Origin: Longivirga aurantiaca
Lineage (GTDB): Bacteria > Actinomycetota > Actinomycetes > S36-B12 > CAIYMF01
Direction: 5' to 3'
DNA length: 32,000 bases
NCBI RefSeq assembly: GCF_042660085.1
Contig: NZ_JBHSTI010000008.1
Location: 660,001 to 692,000 of the forward strand
The notes under the pieces were generated by a model that was given only the letters and a program-made list of their open reading frames with translations, was not told where the DNA came from and ran no database searches. Positions 1 through 10,829 of this stretch are shown piece after piece (within the stretch, counting starts at the first letter, position 1; each line of letters begins with the position of its first letter). The translations under genes and the position numbers were made by a program.

Positions 1-267
1 GCCGGGCTCTTCGGGGAACCCCGCGGCGACCCAGCGGTCGTAGACGGTGCGGAGGTGCTCGACGAGGCGCGGGTCGTGGACGCGCAGCAGCACGTCGTCG
101 TCGTGGGCCGCGGCGTCGCGCACCTCGTGCCCGCGGGCGACGAGCTCGGCCTCGATCCGTGTGGCCCGCTCGGGCAGCTCGGTGCCCGGCGTACGGACGC
201 CGACCCAGATCTCGGCCGTGGGGACATGCAGCAGGCAGTCGGCCGATCGCACGACCAGAGCGTTCAT
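1..267 (-). CDS. Histone deacetylase family / acetylpolyamine amidohydrolase-like protein, N-terminal fragment (runs off the left window edge)
   Basis: Minus-strand translation MNALVVRSADCLLHVPTAEIWVGVRTPGTELPERATRIEAELVARGHEV...LLRVHDPRLVEHLRTVYDRWVAAGFPEEPG resembles the N-terminus of APAH/HDAC-like enzymes. An in-frame ATG at 279 is an alternative start. Confidence 0.65.
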   Translation of the reverse strand, partial: MNALVVRSADCLLHVPTAEIWVGVRTPGTELPERATRIEAELVARGHEVRDAAAHDDDVLLRVHDPRLVEHLRTVYDRWVAAGFPEEPG

Positions 268-316
268 GTGGGCGAGCATGCCAGCGCGGAGGTCGGGGGT
301 CGGGCAGGATCGGCGC

Positions 317-1405
317 ATGACGACGCTTGCTGACCTCGGAGTCAGGATCGGGACGCTCCCGCGGGGTTCCACGAACTCGGTGATCGACGTCCCGGGTGCG
401 GGCCTCGGCCACGCCACGGTGGTGTACGACGAGCCCAACCCGCCGGAGGGCCGCGGCCTCGCACGCACCGGCGTCACCGTGGTCGACCTCGGCGGCGACC
501 CGTTCCTGGAGCCGGTTCCGGCGGGCGTCGCGCTGCTCAACGGGGCGGGCGAGCTCACCTCGCGCTCGCAGATGGACGAGTGGGGAGTGGCGGAGACGCC
601 GGTGTTCCTCACCTCCACGATGCAGGTCGGGCGCGTGTACGACTCCGCGTGCCGCCTGCTCATCGAGGAGCAGCCGCGGATCGGCGTCGACGACTTCCTC
701 ATCCCCGTGGTCGGCGAGTGCGACGACTCGTGGCTGAACGACGCGCGCTGGATGCACGTGACGCACGAGCACGTGCGCGACGCCCTGGCCGCGGCCCGCG
801 CGTCGGTGGGCTCGGGCATCGCACCCGACCAGGGCGCGGTCGGGGCAGGCACCGGGATGTCGTGCTACCAGTGGAAGGGCGGCATCGGCACGTCGTCGCG
901 CGTGCTGCCGGCCGGCCACGTGGTCGGCGTCGTGCTGCTGTGCAACTTCGGCCAGTGGGACCGGCTCACGATCGCGGGCGTCCCTGTGGGGCAGCTGCTC
1001 GGACGCCCGGCGCACGTGCCCCCGCCGCCTGCCGGCTCGTGCCTCGGCGTCGTCGTCACCGACGCCCCGATCGACCACCGCGGCTGCGAGCGGCTCGCCA
1101 CGCGCATCGGGCTCGGTCTCGCGCGGACCGGCTCGACCGCGCACCACGGCAGCGGCGAGATCTTCATGGCGGCGGCCACCGGGCTGCGCGCACCGCGCGG
1201 CACGGCGTCGGCGAAGGCGCCGCTCACCGGCCGCGAGCTCGACCCGTACTTCGAGGCGGTGGTCGATGCGTCGGAGGAGGCGGTCGTGAACTGCCTGCTC
1301 TCGGCGCACGACGTCACCGGCGTCGGAGGCAAGACGGTCCCCGCGCTGCCCCGCGAGGCCGTGGCCGAGCTGCTCGACCGCCACTACGCCGGGCCGCGCG
1401 CGTGA
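317..1405 (+). CDS. P1 family peptidase (DmpA / L-aminopeptidase D-esterase-like)
   Basis: MTTLADLGVRIGTLPRGSTNSVIDVPGAGLGHATVVYDE...; internal ATG in ORF 47..1405; GTGMSCYQWKGGIGTSSR and ATGLRAPRGT fit P1/DmpA-type N-terminal nucleophile hydrolases. Confidence 0.85.
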   Translation: MTTLADLGVRIGTLPRGSTNSVIDVPGAGLGHATVVYDEPNPPEGRGLARTGVTVVDLGGDPFLEPVPAGVALLNGAGELTSRSQMDEWGVAETPVFLTSTMQVGRVYDSACRLLIEEQPRIGVDDFLIPVVGECDDSWLNDARWMHVTHEHVRDALAAARASVGSGIAPDQGAVGAGTGMSCYQWKGGIGTSSRVLPAGHVVGVVLLCNFGQWDRLTIAGVPVGQLLGRPAHVPPPPAGSCLGVVVTDAPIDHRGCERLATRIGLGLARTGSTAHHGSGEIFMAAATGLRAPRGTASAKAPLTGRELDPYFEAVVDASEEAVVNCLLSAHDVTGVGGKTVPALPREAVAELLDRHYAGPRA

Positions 1406-3372
1406 CCTCGCCGATCCTGGAGGGCACCAAGGTCGACGCCTGGATCCCCATGAGCGACGGCGTGTTCCTCGCCATCACGCTGTACGTCCCGAACGCCGCG
1501 CACGGGCCGCAGCCGTGCATCCTCGAGGCGCTGCCCTACCGCAAGGACGACATGACGTCGTCGTACCGGCCTGAGTACGTGCGGCTGCGCGACGAGCACG
1601 CGTACGCCGTCGCGCGGCTCGACGTACGGGGCACGGGCAGCAGCGGCGGCCGCGCCACCGACGAGTACCCGGAGGCGGAGCAGCGCGACCTCACCGAGGT
1701 GATCGCGTGGCTCGCGGCGCAGGAGTGGTGCGACGGCAACATCGGCATGTACGGCACGTCATACAGCGGCTTCAACTCGCTGCAGATGGCGTGCGAGCGC
1801 CCGGCCCACCTGAAGGCGGTCATCGCGATCTACGCGACCGACGACCGGCACACCGACGACGTGCACTACATGGGCGGCCTGCGGCGGTGGATCGACCTCG
1901 TCGACTACTGCCACTACATGACGCCGATGAACGCGCTGCCGCCCGTTCCCGCGGTGTTCGGGCCCGGCTGGCGCGAGGAGTGGAAGGCGCGGATCGCCGA
2001 GCACGAGCCATGGATCATGACGTGGTTCGAGAACCAGCGCGACAACGCCTACTGGCGGCACGGCTCGGTGCGTCCGGCGTACGACCGGATCGAGGTCCCG
2101 ACGATGATCGTCGCCGGCTGGGCCGACGGCTACCGCAACAACACGTTCCGCACGATGGAGCGGCTCGGCGAGAACGGCGTGCCGCGGCGCCTGCTGGCCG
2201 GGCCGTGGTCGCACGCGGCCACGTCGTCGGCGCTGCCCGGGCCGCGCATCGACCTCGTGCCCGAGATGGTGACGTGGTGGGACCGCTGGCTGCGCGGCGT
2301 CGAGAACGGGATCGACGAGCAGCCCGAGGCGGTCTGGTACGTCCGCGAGTTCACCGCGCCCGAGCCCGACCTCGACGTGGTCAGGGGGGAGTGGCGTAGC
2401 GACGTGTGGCCGTCGCCGCGCTCGTCCACGGTGGTGGTGCCGCTCGACGCGCGGGCGCCGTACGCCGTGAAGCCCGACATCGGCACTGCCGCCTGGATCT
2501 CGTGCGCCGGGCACCTGCCGTACGGGCAGTCGCTCGACCAGCGGCACGACGACGCCGACTCGCTCACCTGGGACGTCGACCCGTCGGCCCTCGGCGCGGC
2601 CGTGCCGTTCGAGATCGCGGGCAACGCGCACGTGCACCTGTCGGTGAGCGCCGACCAGCCCGTGGCGACCGTGGCGGTGAAGCTGCAGGACGTCGCGCCC
2701 GACGGCACGTCGGTGCTGGTCTCGCGCGGCGTGCTCAACCTGACGCGCCGCGGCGGCATGGCGGCGGTCGAGCCGCTCGTGCCGGGCACGGCGTACGACG
2801 TGGACGTGGAGATCGAGGCCGCGGCGTACCGATGGCTGCCGGGTCACGTGCTGCGCGTGGCCGTGGCGGGTGCGGACTGGCCCAACACGTCCGCGCCGCC
2901 GCTGCCGGTGACCCTCACCGTGCACGGCGGGCGTCTCGAGCTGCCGGCCTACGACGCCTCGGGTGCTCCGGAGCCGCCCGACCTCGTGCCGGGAGACGAG
3001 ACGTCGAGCGAGTCGGACCACGGCGTGGTGTGGCGGGTCGAGCGCGACGTGCTCGCCCGGCGCACGACCTGCGTGATCGACCACGGGTCGGCGTACGACG
3101 CGCCCTACGGGTCGGTGGTCGAGCACTACGGCGGCCGCGTGTCGGTGTCGTCGCGCACCTTCGAGCAGACCGCGGCGTCCGACGTGAGCTTCCGCCTGTC
3201 GTTCGCCGACGACGGCACCGGCAACCCGGTCAGCGTCACGACGCGCTCGGTGCTCGACGTGCACGCGGGCGAGCGCACCTACGACGTGCGCATCGCGATG
3301 ACCTGCAGCGAGGGCGACCGCGTGGTCGCCGAGCGCCGCTGGGAGCGCCAGTTCCCCCGCGACCTCGCCTGA
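1402..3372 (+). CDS. CocE/NonD family hydrolase (X-Pro dipeptidyl-peptidase-like, S15)
   Basis: MTSPILEGTKVDAWIPMSDGVFLAITLYVP...ARLDVRGTGSSGG...GNIGMYGTSYSGFNSLQMA...; GTG start overlaps the upstream stop (GTGA); C-terminal beta-sandwich-like region. Confidence 0.85.
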   Translation: MTSPILEGTKVDAWIPMSDGVFLAITLYVPNAAHGPQPCILEALPYRKDDMTSSYRPEYVRLRDEHAYAVARLDVRGTGSSGGRATDEYPEAEQRDLTEVIAWLAAQEWCDGNIGMYGTSYSGFNSLQMACERPAHLKAVIAIYATDDRHTDDVHYMGGLRRWIDLVDYCHYMTPMNALPPVPAVFGPGWREEWKARIAEHEPWIMTWFENQRDNAYWRHGSVRPAYDRIEVPTMIVAGWADGYRNNTFRTMERLGENGVPRRLLAGPWSHAATSSALPGPRIDLVPEMVTWWDRWLRGVENGIDEQPEAVWYVREFTAPEPDLDVVRGEWRSDVWPSPRSSTVVVPLDARAPYAVKPDIGTAAWISCAGHLPYGQSLDQRHDDADSLTWDVDPSALGAAVPFEIAGNAHVHLSVSADQPVATVAVKLQDVAPDGTSVLVSRGVLNLTRRGGMAAVEPLVPGTAYDVDVEIEAAAYRWLPGHVLRVAVAGADWPNTSAPPLPVTLTVHGGRLELPAYDASGAPEPPDLVPGDETSSESDHGVVWRVERDVLARRTTCVIDHGSAYDAPYGSVVEHYGGRVSVSSRTFEQTAASDVSFRLSFADDGTGNPVSVTTRSVLDVHAGERTYDVRIAMTCSEGDRVVAERRWERQFPRDLA

Positions 3373-3377
3373 GCCGG

Positions 3378-4586
3378 TCAGGTCGTCGCGGGGCGCAGGG
3401 GCTTCACGATCGGGGCGAGCAGGACGATGCCGAGGCCGAGGACGGGCAGGATCCAGAGCGCGTTCCCGAGGCCGATCTGCTCGCCGAGCAGGCCGATGAG
3501 CGGGGGCCCGAGGAGGAACCCGCCGTACCCGATGGTCGACACGGCCGCGATGCCGTCGGCTGCACGGCCCGGCGTCTCACCGCCCGCGCTCATCGCGGCG
3601 GGGAACACCAGCGCGACGCCGGCACCCCAGAGCAGCACGCCGACGAGCGAGCCGTAGACGCCCGGGGCGGCGAGGGTCGCAACCACGCCGGTGAGGACGA
3701 CGGCGCCCGCGAGCCGGATCGCCCGGGCTCGGCCGAGCCGGGCGATGATCGCGGTGCCCGAGAAGCGGGAGAGCGCCATCGCGGTGGCCCACATGCCGTA
3801 GCCGAGGGCGGCGACCGTCGCCGTGGCGGCGCGCTCGTCCGTCAGGTACAGCGCGATCCAGTCAGCAGCGGATCCTTCGAGCAGGCAGGCGCAGAGCGTG
3901 ATGATCCCGAGCAGCACGAGACGCCGCGTGAGCAGTCGTGGCTTCACCATCGACGTCGTGCCGTCGCTCTCGTCGACCACCTCGACGTGCGCCACGGCAG
4001 GCTCGCGGTCGTCGACGAACCAGCGGAGCGCGACGACGGCGCTGCCGCCGCAGCCGATGAGCGCGGCGATGAGGAAGTGCGTGGTCAGCCCGAGGCCGAG
4101 GAACGCCGCGAGCGCGCCGAGTCCGGCGCCGAGGGCGGCGCCCACCGACCACAGCGCGTGGTAGCGCGGCATGTAGTCGCGGCCGGCGTTGCGGTCGACA
4201 TACGAGCCGTGGATGTTCATGGCGACGTCCCACGAGCCGTACGCCATGCCGAACACGAACAGCGCCGCGCCCGTCGTGACGGCGTTCGGAGTGACGGACA
4301 GCAGCACCAGGCAGAGCGCGCAGACCGAGGCCAGCACGACGATCACAGGGGTGCTGCTGAACCGCGCGACGAATCGGCCGACGAAGGGCATCGCCGCGAG
4401 CGAGCCGAATCCCGCCATGAGCAGCGTGATGCCGACGACGGCGGTGCTGAGGTCGAGGCGGTCGCGAGTGGCGGGGAGACGCGAGACCCAGCCGGCGATG
4501 ATCGTGGCGTTGAGCAGGAAGACCGCCGCCGTCGCGATGGCCGGCCCCCGCCACGTTCTGGGCGGCGCCAGCTCGTCGTACGTCAC
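3378..4586 (-). CDS. MFS transporter
   Basis: 402-aa hydrophobic multi-TM protein, MTYDELAPPRTWRGPAIATAAVFLLNATIIAGWVSRLPATRDRL...; ends 5 nt from the convergent CocE gene. Confidence 0.8.
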   Translation of the reverse strand: MTYDELAPPRTWRGPAIATAAVFLLNATIIAGWVSRLPATRDRLDLSTAVVGITLLMAGFGSLAAMPFVGRFVARFSSTPVIVVLASVCALCLVLLSVTPNAVTTGAALFVFGMAYGSWDVAMNIHGSYVDRNAGRDYMPRYHALWSVGAALGAGLGALAAFLGLGLTTHFLIAALIGCGGSAVVALRWFVDDREPAVAHVEVVDESDGTTSMVKPRLLTRRLVLLGIITLCACLLEGSAADWIALYLTDERAATATVAALGYGMWATAMALSRFSGTAIIARLGRARAIRLAGAVVLTGVVATLAAPGVYGSLVGVLLWGAGVALVFPAAMSAGGETPGRAADGIAAVSTIGYGGFLLGPPLIGLLGEQIGLGNALWILPVLGLGIVLLAPIVKPLRPATT

Positions 4587-4620
4587 CGGTCGATCGTGCC
4601 ACGGACCGGCGGCGACCCCG

Positions 4621-5817
4621 TCACGCGGTGCGTGCCGATCCCGGCTTGTCGCTCGGCGCGATGCCGAGGTAGCCGCGGCCGACCATCTGCACCCACTGGT
4701 GCACGGCGTCCTCGTTCGGCGCGAACGGCCCCGGCTTGAAGTGCGGCGAGGTGAGACCGCGCTGCACGAGCTCGCAGGCCCGCCAGTCCTGGCTGTTGGT
4801 GAGGTCCCAGAACTCGACGGCGTACGACGGGTCGACGTCGGCGCTCGGGAAGTACCAGCTGCACTCGATCCACGACCGGTCAGGCCCGAGCGGCAGGACG
4901 CGGTGGGTCATCACGTAGTCGGGGTGGCCGGAGAACAGAAGGTTGGGGAACAGCTGCACGTAGAGCACGGAGTCCTGGGGCGCCCCCTCGATCGGCACGC
5001 CCTTCGAGGTGCCGTCGAGGCTCATCGTGACCGCGTCGCCCTTGAACTCCATCGTGCCGCCGACCCACGCGCCCGGGCGATCGAAGTTGTCGCCGGAGGT
5101 GGGGATCGAGACCTGGCAGAGCTCGGGGTGGATCAGCGGGCAGTGGTAGCACTCGTGGTAGTTCTCGGACACGAGCTTCCAGTTGGCCGCGATCTCGTAG
5201 GAGTGCCGGGCGCCGAGCACGAGCGACTCCGGGTGGTACGGCGCGACCAGCTCGTCGAGCACCCCGAGGTGGTCCTCCCATGCGGGCGCGGTGCCGGTGG
5301 CGTTGACGAACAGCCAGCCGTGCCAGGCCTTCGACGGCAGCGGCACCAGTCCGTGGTCCGCGCCGACGAACGTCTCGCTGTCGCGGAAGCCGGGCGCCGC
5401 CTGCAACGACCCGTCGAGCCGGTACGTCCACGCGTGGTACACGCACAGCACCGAGCGCGACGCGGAGGTGCAGTCGTCCTCGAGCAGCACGTGCCCGCGG
5501 TGCCGGCAGGTGTTGGCGAACGCGTGGACGTCGTCACCCTCGAAGGTCAGGAGCACGGGCACGTCGCCGACGAGCAGGGCGCGCTGCGTGGCGCGACCGC
5601 CGTCGGCGTCGGTGCGCAGCTCGTCGACGCGTCCGACGCAGGCCCAGCTGCCCGCGACGAGGTTGCGGCGCTCCCAGGCGAGGACGTGGGGGGAGGTGTA
5701 GGCCTCCGCCGGCAGCATGGTCGACTGCCCGAACGGCAGCAGGGCACGGGAGAGGCCCTCGGGGTCGACGGGCGCGAGGGGGCGCAGGTCGGTCAGGTCG
5801 AGGCTCATGCTCCGCAC
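4621..5817 (-). CDS. Aromatic ring-hydroxylating / Rieske non-heme iron oxygenase alpha subunit
   Basis: Rieske motif CRHRGH...CVYHAWTY and mononuclear iron region ENYHECYHCPLIHPEL. Alternative start at M4 (5808). Confidence 0.9.
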   Translation of the reverse strand: MRSMSLDLTDLRPLAPVDPEGLSRALLPFGQSTMLPAEAYTSPHVLAWERRNLVAGSWACVGRVDELRTDADGGRATQRALLVGDVPVLLTFEGDDVHAFANTCRHRGHVLLEDDCTSASRSVLCVYHAWTYRLDGSLQAAPGFRDSETFVGADHGLVPLPSKAWHGWLFVNATGTAPAWEDHLGVLDELVAPYHPESLVLGARHSYEIAANWKLVSENYHECYHCPLIHPELCQVSIPTSGDNFDRPGAWVGGTMEFKGDAVTMSLDGTSKGVPIEGAPQDSVLYVQLFPNLLFSGHPDYVMTHRVLPLGPDRSWIECSWYFPSADVDPSYAVEFWDLTNSQDWRACELVQRGLTSPHFKPGPFAPNEDAVHQWVQMVGRGYLGIAPSDKPGSARTA

Positions 5818-5849
5818 CTCCGGGTTGTCGCGTCGCTAGGGTCGTCGTC

Positions 5850-6449
5850 GTGGCGAGACGGAAGGTCGAGGTGCGGCGCGAGGAGATCCTCGACGCCGCC
5901 GCAGCCGAGGTGACCAAGCGCGGTTTCGCGCGCACGCGCGGGGCCGACATCGCGGCCGCGCTGGGCGTGAGCACGGCGCTGCTCTTCTACCACTTCGGCA
6001 CCAAGGAGCAGCTCTTCGCAGCGGCGCTCGAGCACGCGGTGGCCAAGGACCTCGCGCGGCTCGAGGCCACGGTGGCCAAGGCGAAGGACCCCGCCGACGG
6101 CGTCCGTCGGATCCTCGCCCTCTACTCCCCGCAGGGGAACGCCGACGGCTGGACGATCTGGGTGGACGCGTGGGCGGAGAGCCTGCGCGAGCCCGAGATG
6201 CGCGCGACCTCCCGGACGCTCGACGTGCGCTGGAAGGACGTGCTCGCCGAGCAGATCACCCAGGGCGTCGAGCGCGGGATGTTCTCCTGCGCCGACCCGG
6301 ACGGTGCGGCGTGGCGCCTGTCGGCACTGCTGGACGGCCTCGCCGTGCAGGTGATGGTGCACCGCAGCCTCACCAAGGCCCAGCTCGCGGTGTGGGTGCG
6401 CGAGGCGGCCGCGCGCGAGCTCGGGTGCGACCCCGAGCTGCTGACCTGA
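5850..6449 (+). CDS. TetR family transcriptional regulator (BetI-like C-terminal region)
   Basis: MARRKVEVRREEILDAAAAEVTKRGFARTRGADIAAALGVSTALLFYHFGTKEQLFAAAL is a canonical TetR HTH. Divergent from the Rieske gene at 4621..5817 with a 32-nt gap. Confidence 0.9.
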   Translation: MARRKVEVRREEILDAAAAEVTKRGFARTRGADIAAALGVSTALLFYHFGTKEQLFAAALEHAVAKDLARLEATVAKAKDPADGVRRILALYSPQGNADGWTIWVDAWAESLREPEMRATSRTLDVRWKDVLAEQITQGVERGMFSCADPDGAAWRLSALLDGLAVQVMVHRSLTKAQLAVWVREAAARELGCDPELLT

Positions 6450-6459
6450 CCGATGCACG

Positions 6460-7620
6460 TCACACCATCCAGTGCGGCTCGTACGCCGGGTCGGTGAGGG
6501 CCGCCCGGTCGAGGCCGAACGCCGAGATGTCGGCGTCGGTGCGGCCGTCGAGCGCGACGTCGGTCAGCAGCCTGCCGAAGGTCGCCGCGAACTTGTAGCC
6601 GTGCGCGGCCCCGAGGCCGACGACGACCTGCGGTACGCCGGGCACCGCCGACACGACGAAGTCGCGGTCGGGCGTGAGCGTGTAGAGGCAGCGCTTGGAC
6701 CGCACCGCCGGGCCCGACGCCGGGAAGGTCGAGGCCATGAACGCCGCGAGCCGGCCGAGCATCGCGAGGTCGGTCTCGCCCGACCGCTCGTCGCCGGTCA
6801 CCGTCGGGCCGCCGCAGTCCTGCGCGGCCTTCACCGTGTCCTCGCCGTACGTCGGGAAGCCGTAGTACGACGGCTCGTCCATCCAGATCCACACCGGGAA
6901 CCGGCCGGGGCGGAACGGCTCGGGGTCGGCCGGCGCGAAGTAGGTGACCTGCTCCTCGGTGACCGCGAGCGGCAGCCGTACGCCGAGCGGCTCGACGAGG
7001 CGCGACGTCCAGGCGTCGGCCGACACCACCACGCGGGCGGCCGAGACCCGGCCCGACGCAGTCACGACGTCGACGCCGTCGGCGGTGGGCTCGAGCGCGA
7101 GCACCGGCGTGCGGTCACGCAGCACCGCGCCGTGCTCGACCGCACGACGCTGCATCGCAGCCGTGCCGCGCGCGGCCGGCACGATCGCCGTCCGCTGCTG
7201 GTAGAGCGCGCTCGTGCCCTCGGGCAGGGCGAGCTGCGGCCAGCGCTCGAGGATCTCGTCGTGCCCGAGGATCTCGTAGGGCACCTGCCTCGCGTCCATC
7301 GAGAGCGTGTAGTCGTCCATCGGGATGGCAGCGCCCGTGGGGAAGAGGTCGAGGCCGCCGGTGACCGTCACGAACGTCTCGCCGGTCGCGTCCTCGAGGT
7401 CGGCCCAGTCCTCGTACGCGTCGAAGGTCAGGTCGACGTACGCCGGCGTGTGGTAGCTGTGCCGCAGGATCCGGCTGGTGTCGTGCGAGGCGCCTCGGTC
7501 GTGGCCGAGCTCGAACTGCTCGAGGCCGAGCACCCGCAGGCCGCGGCGCGCGGCGTGCCACGCGGTCGACGACCCGAGCGCCCCGAGGCCGACCACCACC
7601 AGGTCGTAGGTCTCAGTCAT
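6460..7620 (-). CDS. FAD-dependent oxidase, N-methyl-L-tryptophan oxidase / monomeric sarcosine oxidase (SolA/MSOX) family
   Basis: MTETYDLVVVGLGALGSSTAWHAARRGLRVLGLEQF (Rossmann fold) and KRCLYTLTPDRDFVV, the region holding the covalent-FAD cysteine in this family. Confidence 0.88.
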   Translation of the reverse strand: MTETYDLVVVGLGALGSSTAWHAARRGLRVLGLEQFELGHDRGASHDTSRILRHSYHTPAYVDLTFDAYEDWADLEDATGETFVTVTGGLDLFPTGAAIPMDDYTLSMDARQVPYEILGHDEILERWPQLALPEGTSALYQQRTAIVPAARGTAAMQRRAVEHGAVLRDRTPVLALEPTADGVDVVTASGRVSAARVVVSADAWTSRLVEPLGVRLPLAVTEEQVTYFAPADPEPFRPGRFPVWIWMDEPSYYGFPTYGEDTVKAAQDCGGPTVTGDERSGETDLAMLGRLAAFMASTFPASGPAVRSKRCLYTLTPDRDFVVSAVPGVPQVVVGLGAAHGYKFAATFGRLLTDVALDGRTDADISAFGLDRAALTDPAYEPHWMV

Positions 7621-8758
7621 CGGAGCCCCTCCGCTCGTGCCTCTCCAGCCGAGGCAGCAGCCAGCGGCGGATGTCGAGGGACGCATCCTCCATGGGCGCG
7701 TACCAGCCCTGGCGGTAGGCGCGCGACGACATCCCGCGCTGCACCGACTCGCAGATCGCCCAGTCCTGCTTGTTCGTGAGGTCCCACAGCTCCTCGGCGT
7801 CCGAGGGGTCGAAGGTCGGCTTCGCTGCCTCGTCCGGGGCGAACAGCAGGTCGCACACGACCTCGGTGCGGTCGACCGCACGAGGGCGCAGCACGAACGC
7901 CGCGGCGTGCTCGGCCGAGAGCGACAGCAGGAGGTTGGGGTAGACGAGCTCGCCCTTGTGCCGCACCCGCTCGTGCTCGTCGAGGTCGGGGAACGGCGCG
8001 CGGTCGGTCGTGCCGCTCATCGTGAAGGTCCACGCGCCCTCGCGGTGGGGTACGCCGTCCTCCCACTCGAGGTGCTGTCCGCCGCCGCCGAACGCCGGCA
8101 CCAGCCGCACGAGCTCGGGGTGCACCGGTCCGCAGTGGTAGCACTCGTTGTAGTTCTCCGCGACGACCTTCCAGTTGGCTGCGACCTCGTAGCGCAGCCG
8201 TCGTCCGAGCACGAGGGTGTCGAGCGGGTAGCGCCGTACCCGCTCGGGCACCGGCGCGAGCGCCTCGAGCAGGTCCGTCGCCTCGTCCGGCGCGCCGTGC
8301 AGCCACAGCCAGCCGCCCCACGCCGCGGCACCTACCGGGTGGAGGCGGAACGCGTCACGGTCGAGGTCGACGCCGTCGGTGTGGGGCGCGTGCAGCAGCG
8401 ACCCGTCGAGGCCGTACGTCCACGAGTGGTACGGGCAGCGCAGCGAGCGCGCGGCGCACGGCGCGACGGACGCGCCCGGCTCCACCGGCACCACCTGCGA
8501 CCCGCGGTGGCGGCAGACGTTGTAGTGGCCGTGCAGCGCACCCCCGGTGTCGGTGGTGACGAGGACGGACTCGCCGTGCAGGTCGACGACGGCGAGCCGC
8601 TCGGGGAGCAGGTCGCGCGTGCCGGGCGCGGTGAGACCGAGGTCGTCGAGCCGGCCGATGCAGGTCCACTCGCGCAGGAGCACGGCCGTGCGCTCGCGCT
8701 CGTGCAGCGCGGCGTCGACGTAGTGCTCGCGCGGGAGCGCCTCCTGCAGCCCGCTCAT
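7613..8758 (-). CDS. Second Rieske non-heme iron oxygenase alpha subunit
   Basis: CRHRGSQVV...CPYHSWTYGLDGSL and ENYNECYHCGPVHPEL. C-terminus NKQDWAICESVQRGMSSRAYRQGWYAPMEDASLDIRRW parallels the C-terminus of the 4621..5817 product. Confidence 0.9.
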   Translation of the reverse strand: MSGLQEALPREHYVDAALHERERTAVLLREWTCIGRLDDLGLTAPGTRDLLPERLAVVDLHGESVLVTTDTGGALHGHYNVCRHRGSQVVPVEPGASVAPCAARSLRCPYHSWTYGLDGSLLHAPHTDGVDLDRDAFRLHPVGAAAWGGWLWLHGAPDEATDLLEALAPVPERVRRYPLDTLVLGRRLRYEVAANWKVVAENYNECYHCGPVHPELVRLVPAFGGGGQHLEWEDGVPHREGAWTFTMSGTTDRAPFPDLDEHERVRHKGELVYPNLLLSLSAEHAAAFVLRPRAVDRTEVVCDLLFAPDEAAKPTFDPSDAEELWDLTNKQDWAICESVQRGMSSRAYRQGWYAPMEDASLDIRRWLLPRLERHERRGSDD

Positions 8759-8782
8759 CCGGTGATCGCCCTCCTGTCCGTA

Positions 8783-8798
8783 CTGACTCGTGAGTCAG
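8783..8798. promoter_or_regulatory. Inverted repeat CTGACTC-GT-GAGTCAG, candidate repressor operator upstream of the 7613..8758 gene
   Basis: 7-bp perfect arms; 25 nt upstream of the start at 8758; CATACT (-10-like) lies immediately 5' of it on the minus strand. Confidence 0.6.
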
Positions 8799-8850
8799 CA
8801 AGTATGCGGCCTGGGGGCGCTGTGCGACAGCGGATCCGGGCAGGTGTCGG

Positions 8851-9848
<998 letters not shown>

Positions 9849-9852
<4 letters not shown>

Positions 9853-10829
9853 GCCCGCACCTCCGCGAGGTGGCACGCGGCCCGGCGGTCCGCGCCGGGC
9901 CGCGTGAGCTGCAGCAGCGCGGGCTCCTCGGCCCGGCACCGGTCGATCGCACGGGGGCAGCGCGGATGGAACGAGCAGCCGTCGGGGACCTCGCCCGGGA
10001 ACGGCGGGTCGCCGGGCAGCCCGGACGGCGCATAGCGGAAGCGCGCGTCGCCGATGCGCGGGAACGCGCCCGCGAGCGCGCCGGAGTAGGGATGGGCCGG
10101 GGAGTCGAAGACCTGCGTGGCCGGGCCCTCCTCGACGATCTGCCCGGCGTACATCACCGCGATGCGGTCGCAGGCGGACGACAGAACGGACAGGTCGTGG
10201 CTGATGAGCACCATCGCGAGGCCGAGGTCCTTGACCAGCGACGCCATGAGGTCGAGCACCTGCGCCTGCACCATCACGTCGAGCGCGGTGGTCGGCTCGT
10301 CCGCGACCACGAGCTGCGGGCCGCAGGCGAGCGCCATCGCGATCATGACGCGCTGCTTCTGACCGCCGGAGAGCTGGTGCGGGTAGGCGTCGGCCCGGCG
10401 GGCGGGCAGTCCCACCATCTCGAGCAGCTCACCCACCCGCTTGTCCGCGGACGCGTGGGTGGCCTTCTTGTCGTGCAGGAGGATCGGCTCGGCGATCTGC
10501 ACGCCGATCTTCTGCACCGGGTTGAGCGCGTGCATCGCACCCTGGAACACCATCGAGGCCTGGGCCCAGCGCAGCGCACGGACCTTGCCCCACGTCATGG
10601 TGGTGACGTCCTTGCCGTCGACGAGCACCTCGCCCGTGACCGTGGCGCTCTTCGGCTGCATGCGCAGCACGGTGCTCGTGAGCGTCGACTTCCCGCAGCC
10701 GGACTCGCCCGCGATCCCGAGGGTCTCGCCGGAGTCGACCGACAGCGTGACCCCCCGGACGGCCGGCACGTCGAGACCTCCGGTGCGGTAGGTGACGCTG
10801 ACGTCGCGCATCTCGAGGAGGGCCATCAC
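9849..10829 (-). CDS. Dipeptide/oligopeptide ABC transporter ATP-binding protein (DppD/OppD-like)
   Basis: GESGCGKSTLTST, QLSGGQKQRVMIAMAL, PGEVPDGCSFHPRCPRA; 4-nt overlap with the next gene. Confidence 0.9.

Noticed and set aside
2406-4739. 777-aa plus-strand ORF overlapping CocE and MFS genes
   Set aside because: Same-strand out-of-frame then antisense read-through with biased composition; no recognisable domains.
8819-8831. Small inverted repeat GCTGT-GCG-ACAGC near the dppF 3' end
   Set aside because: Only 5-bp arms in GC-rich DNA; indistinguishable from chance without comparative data.
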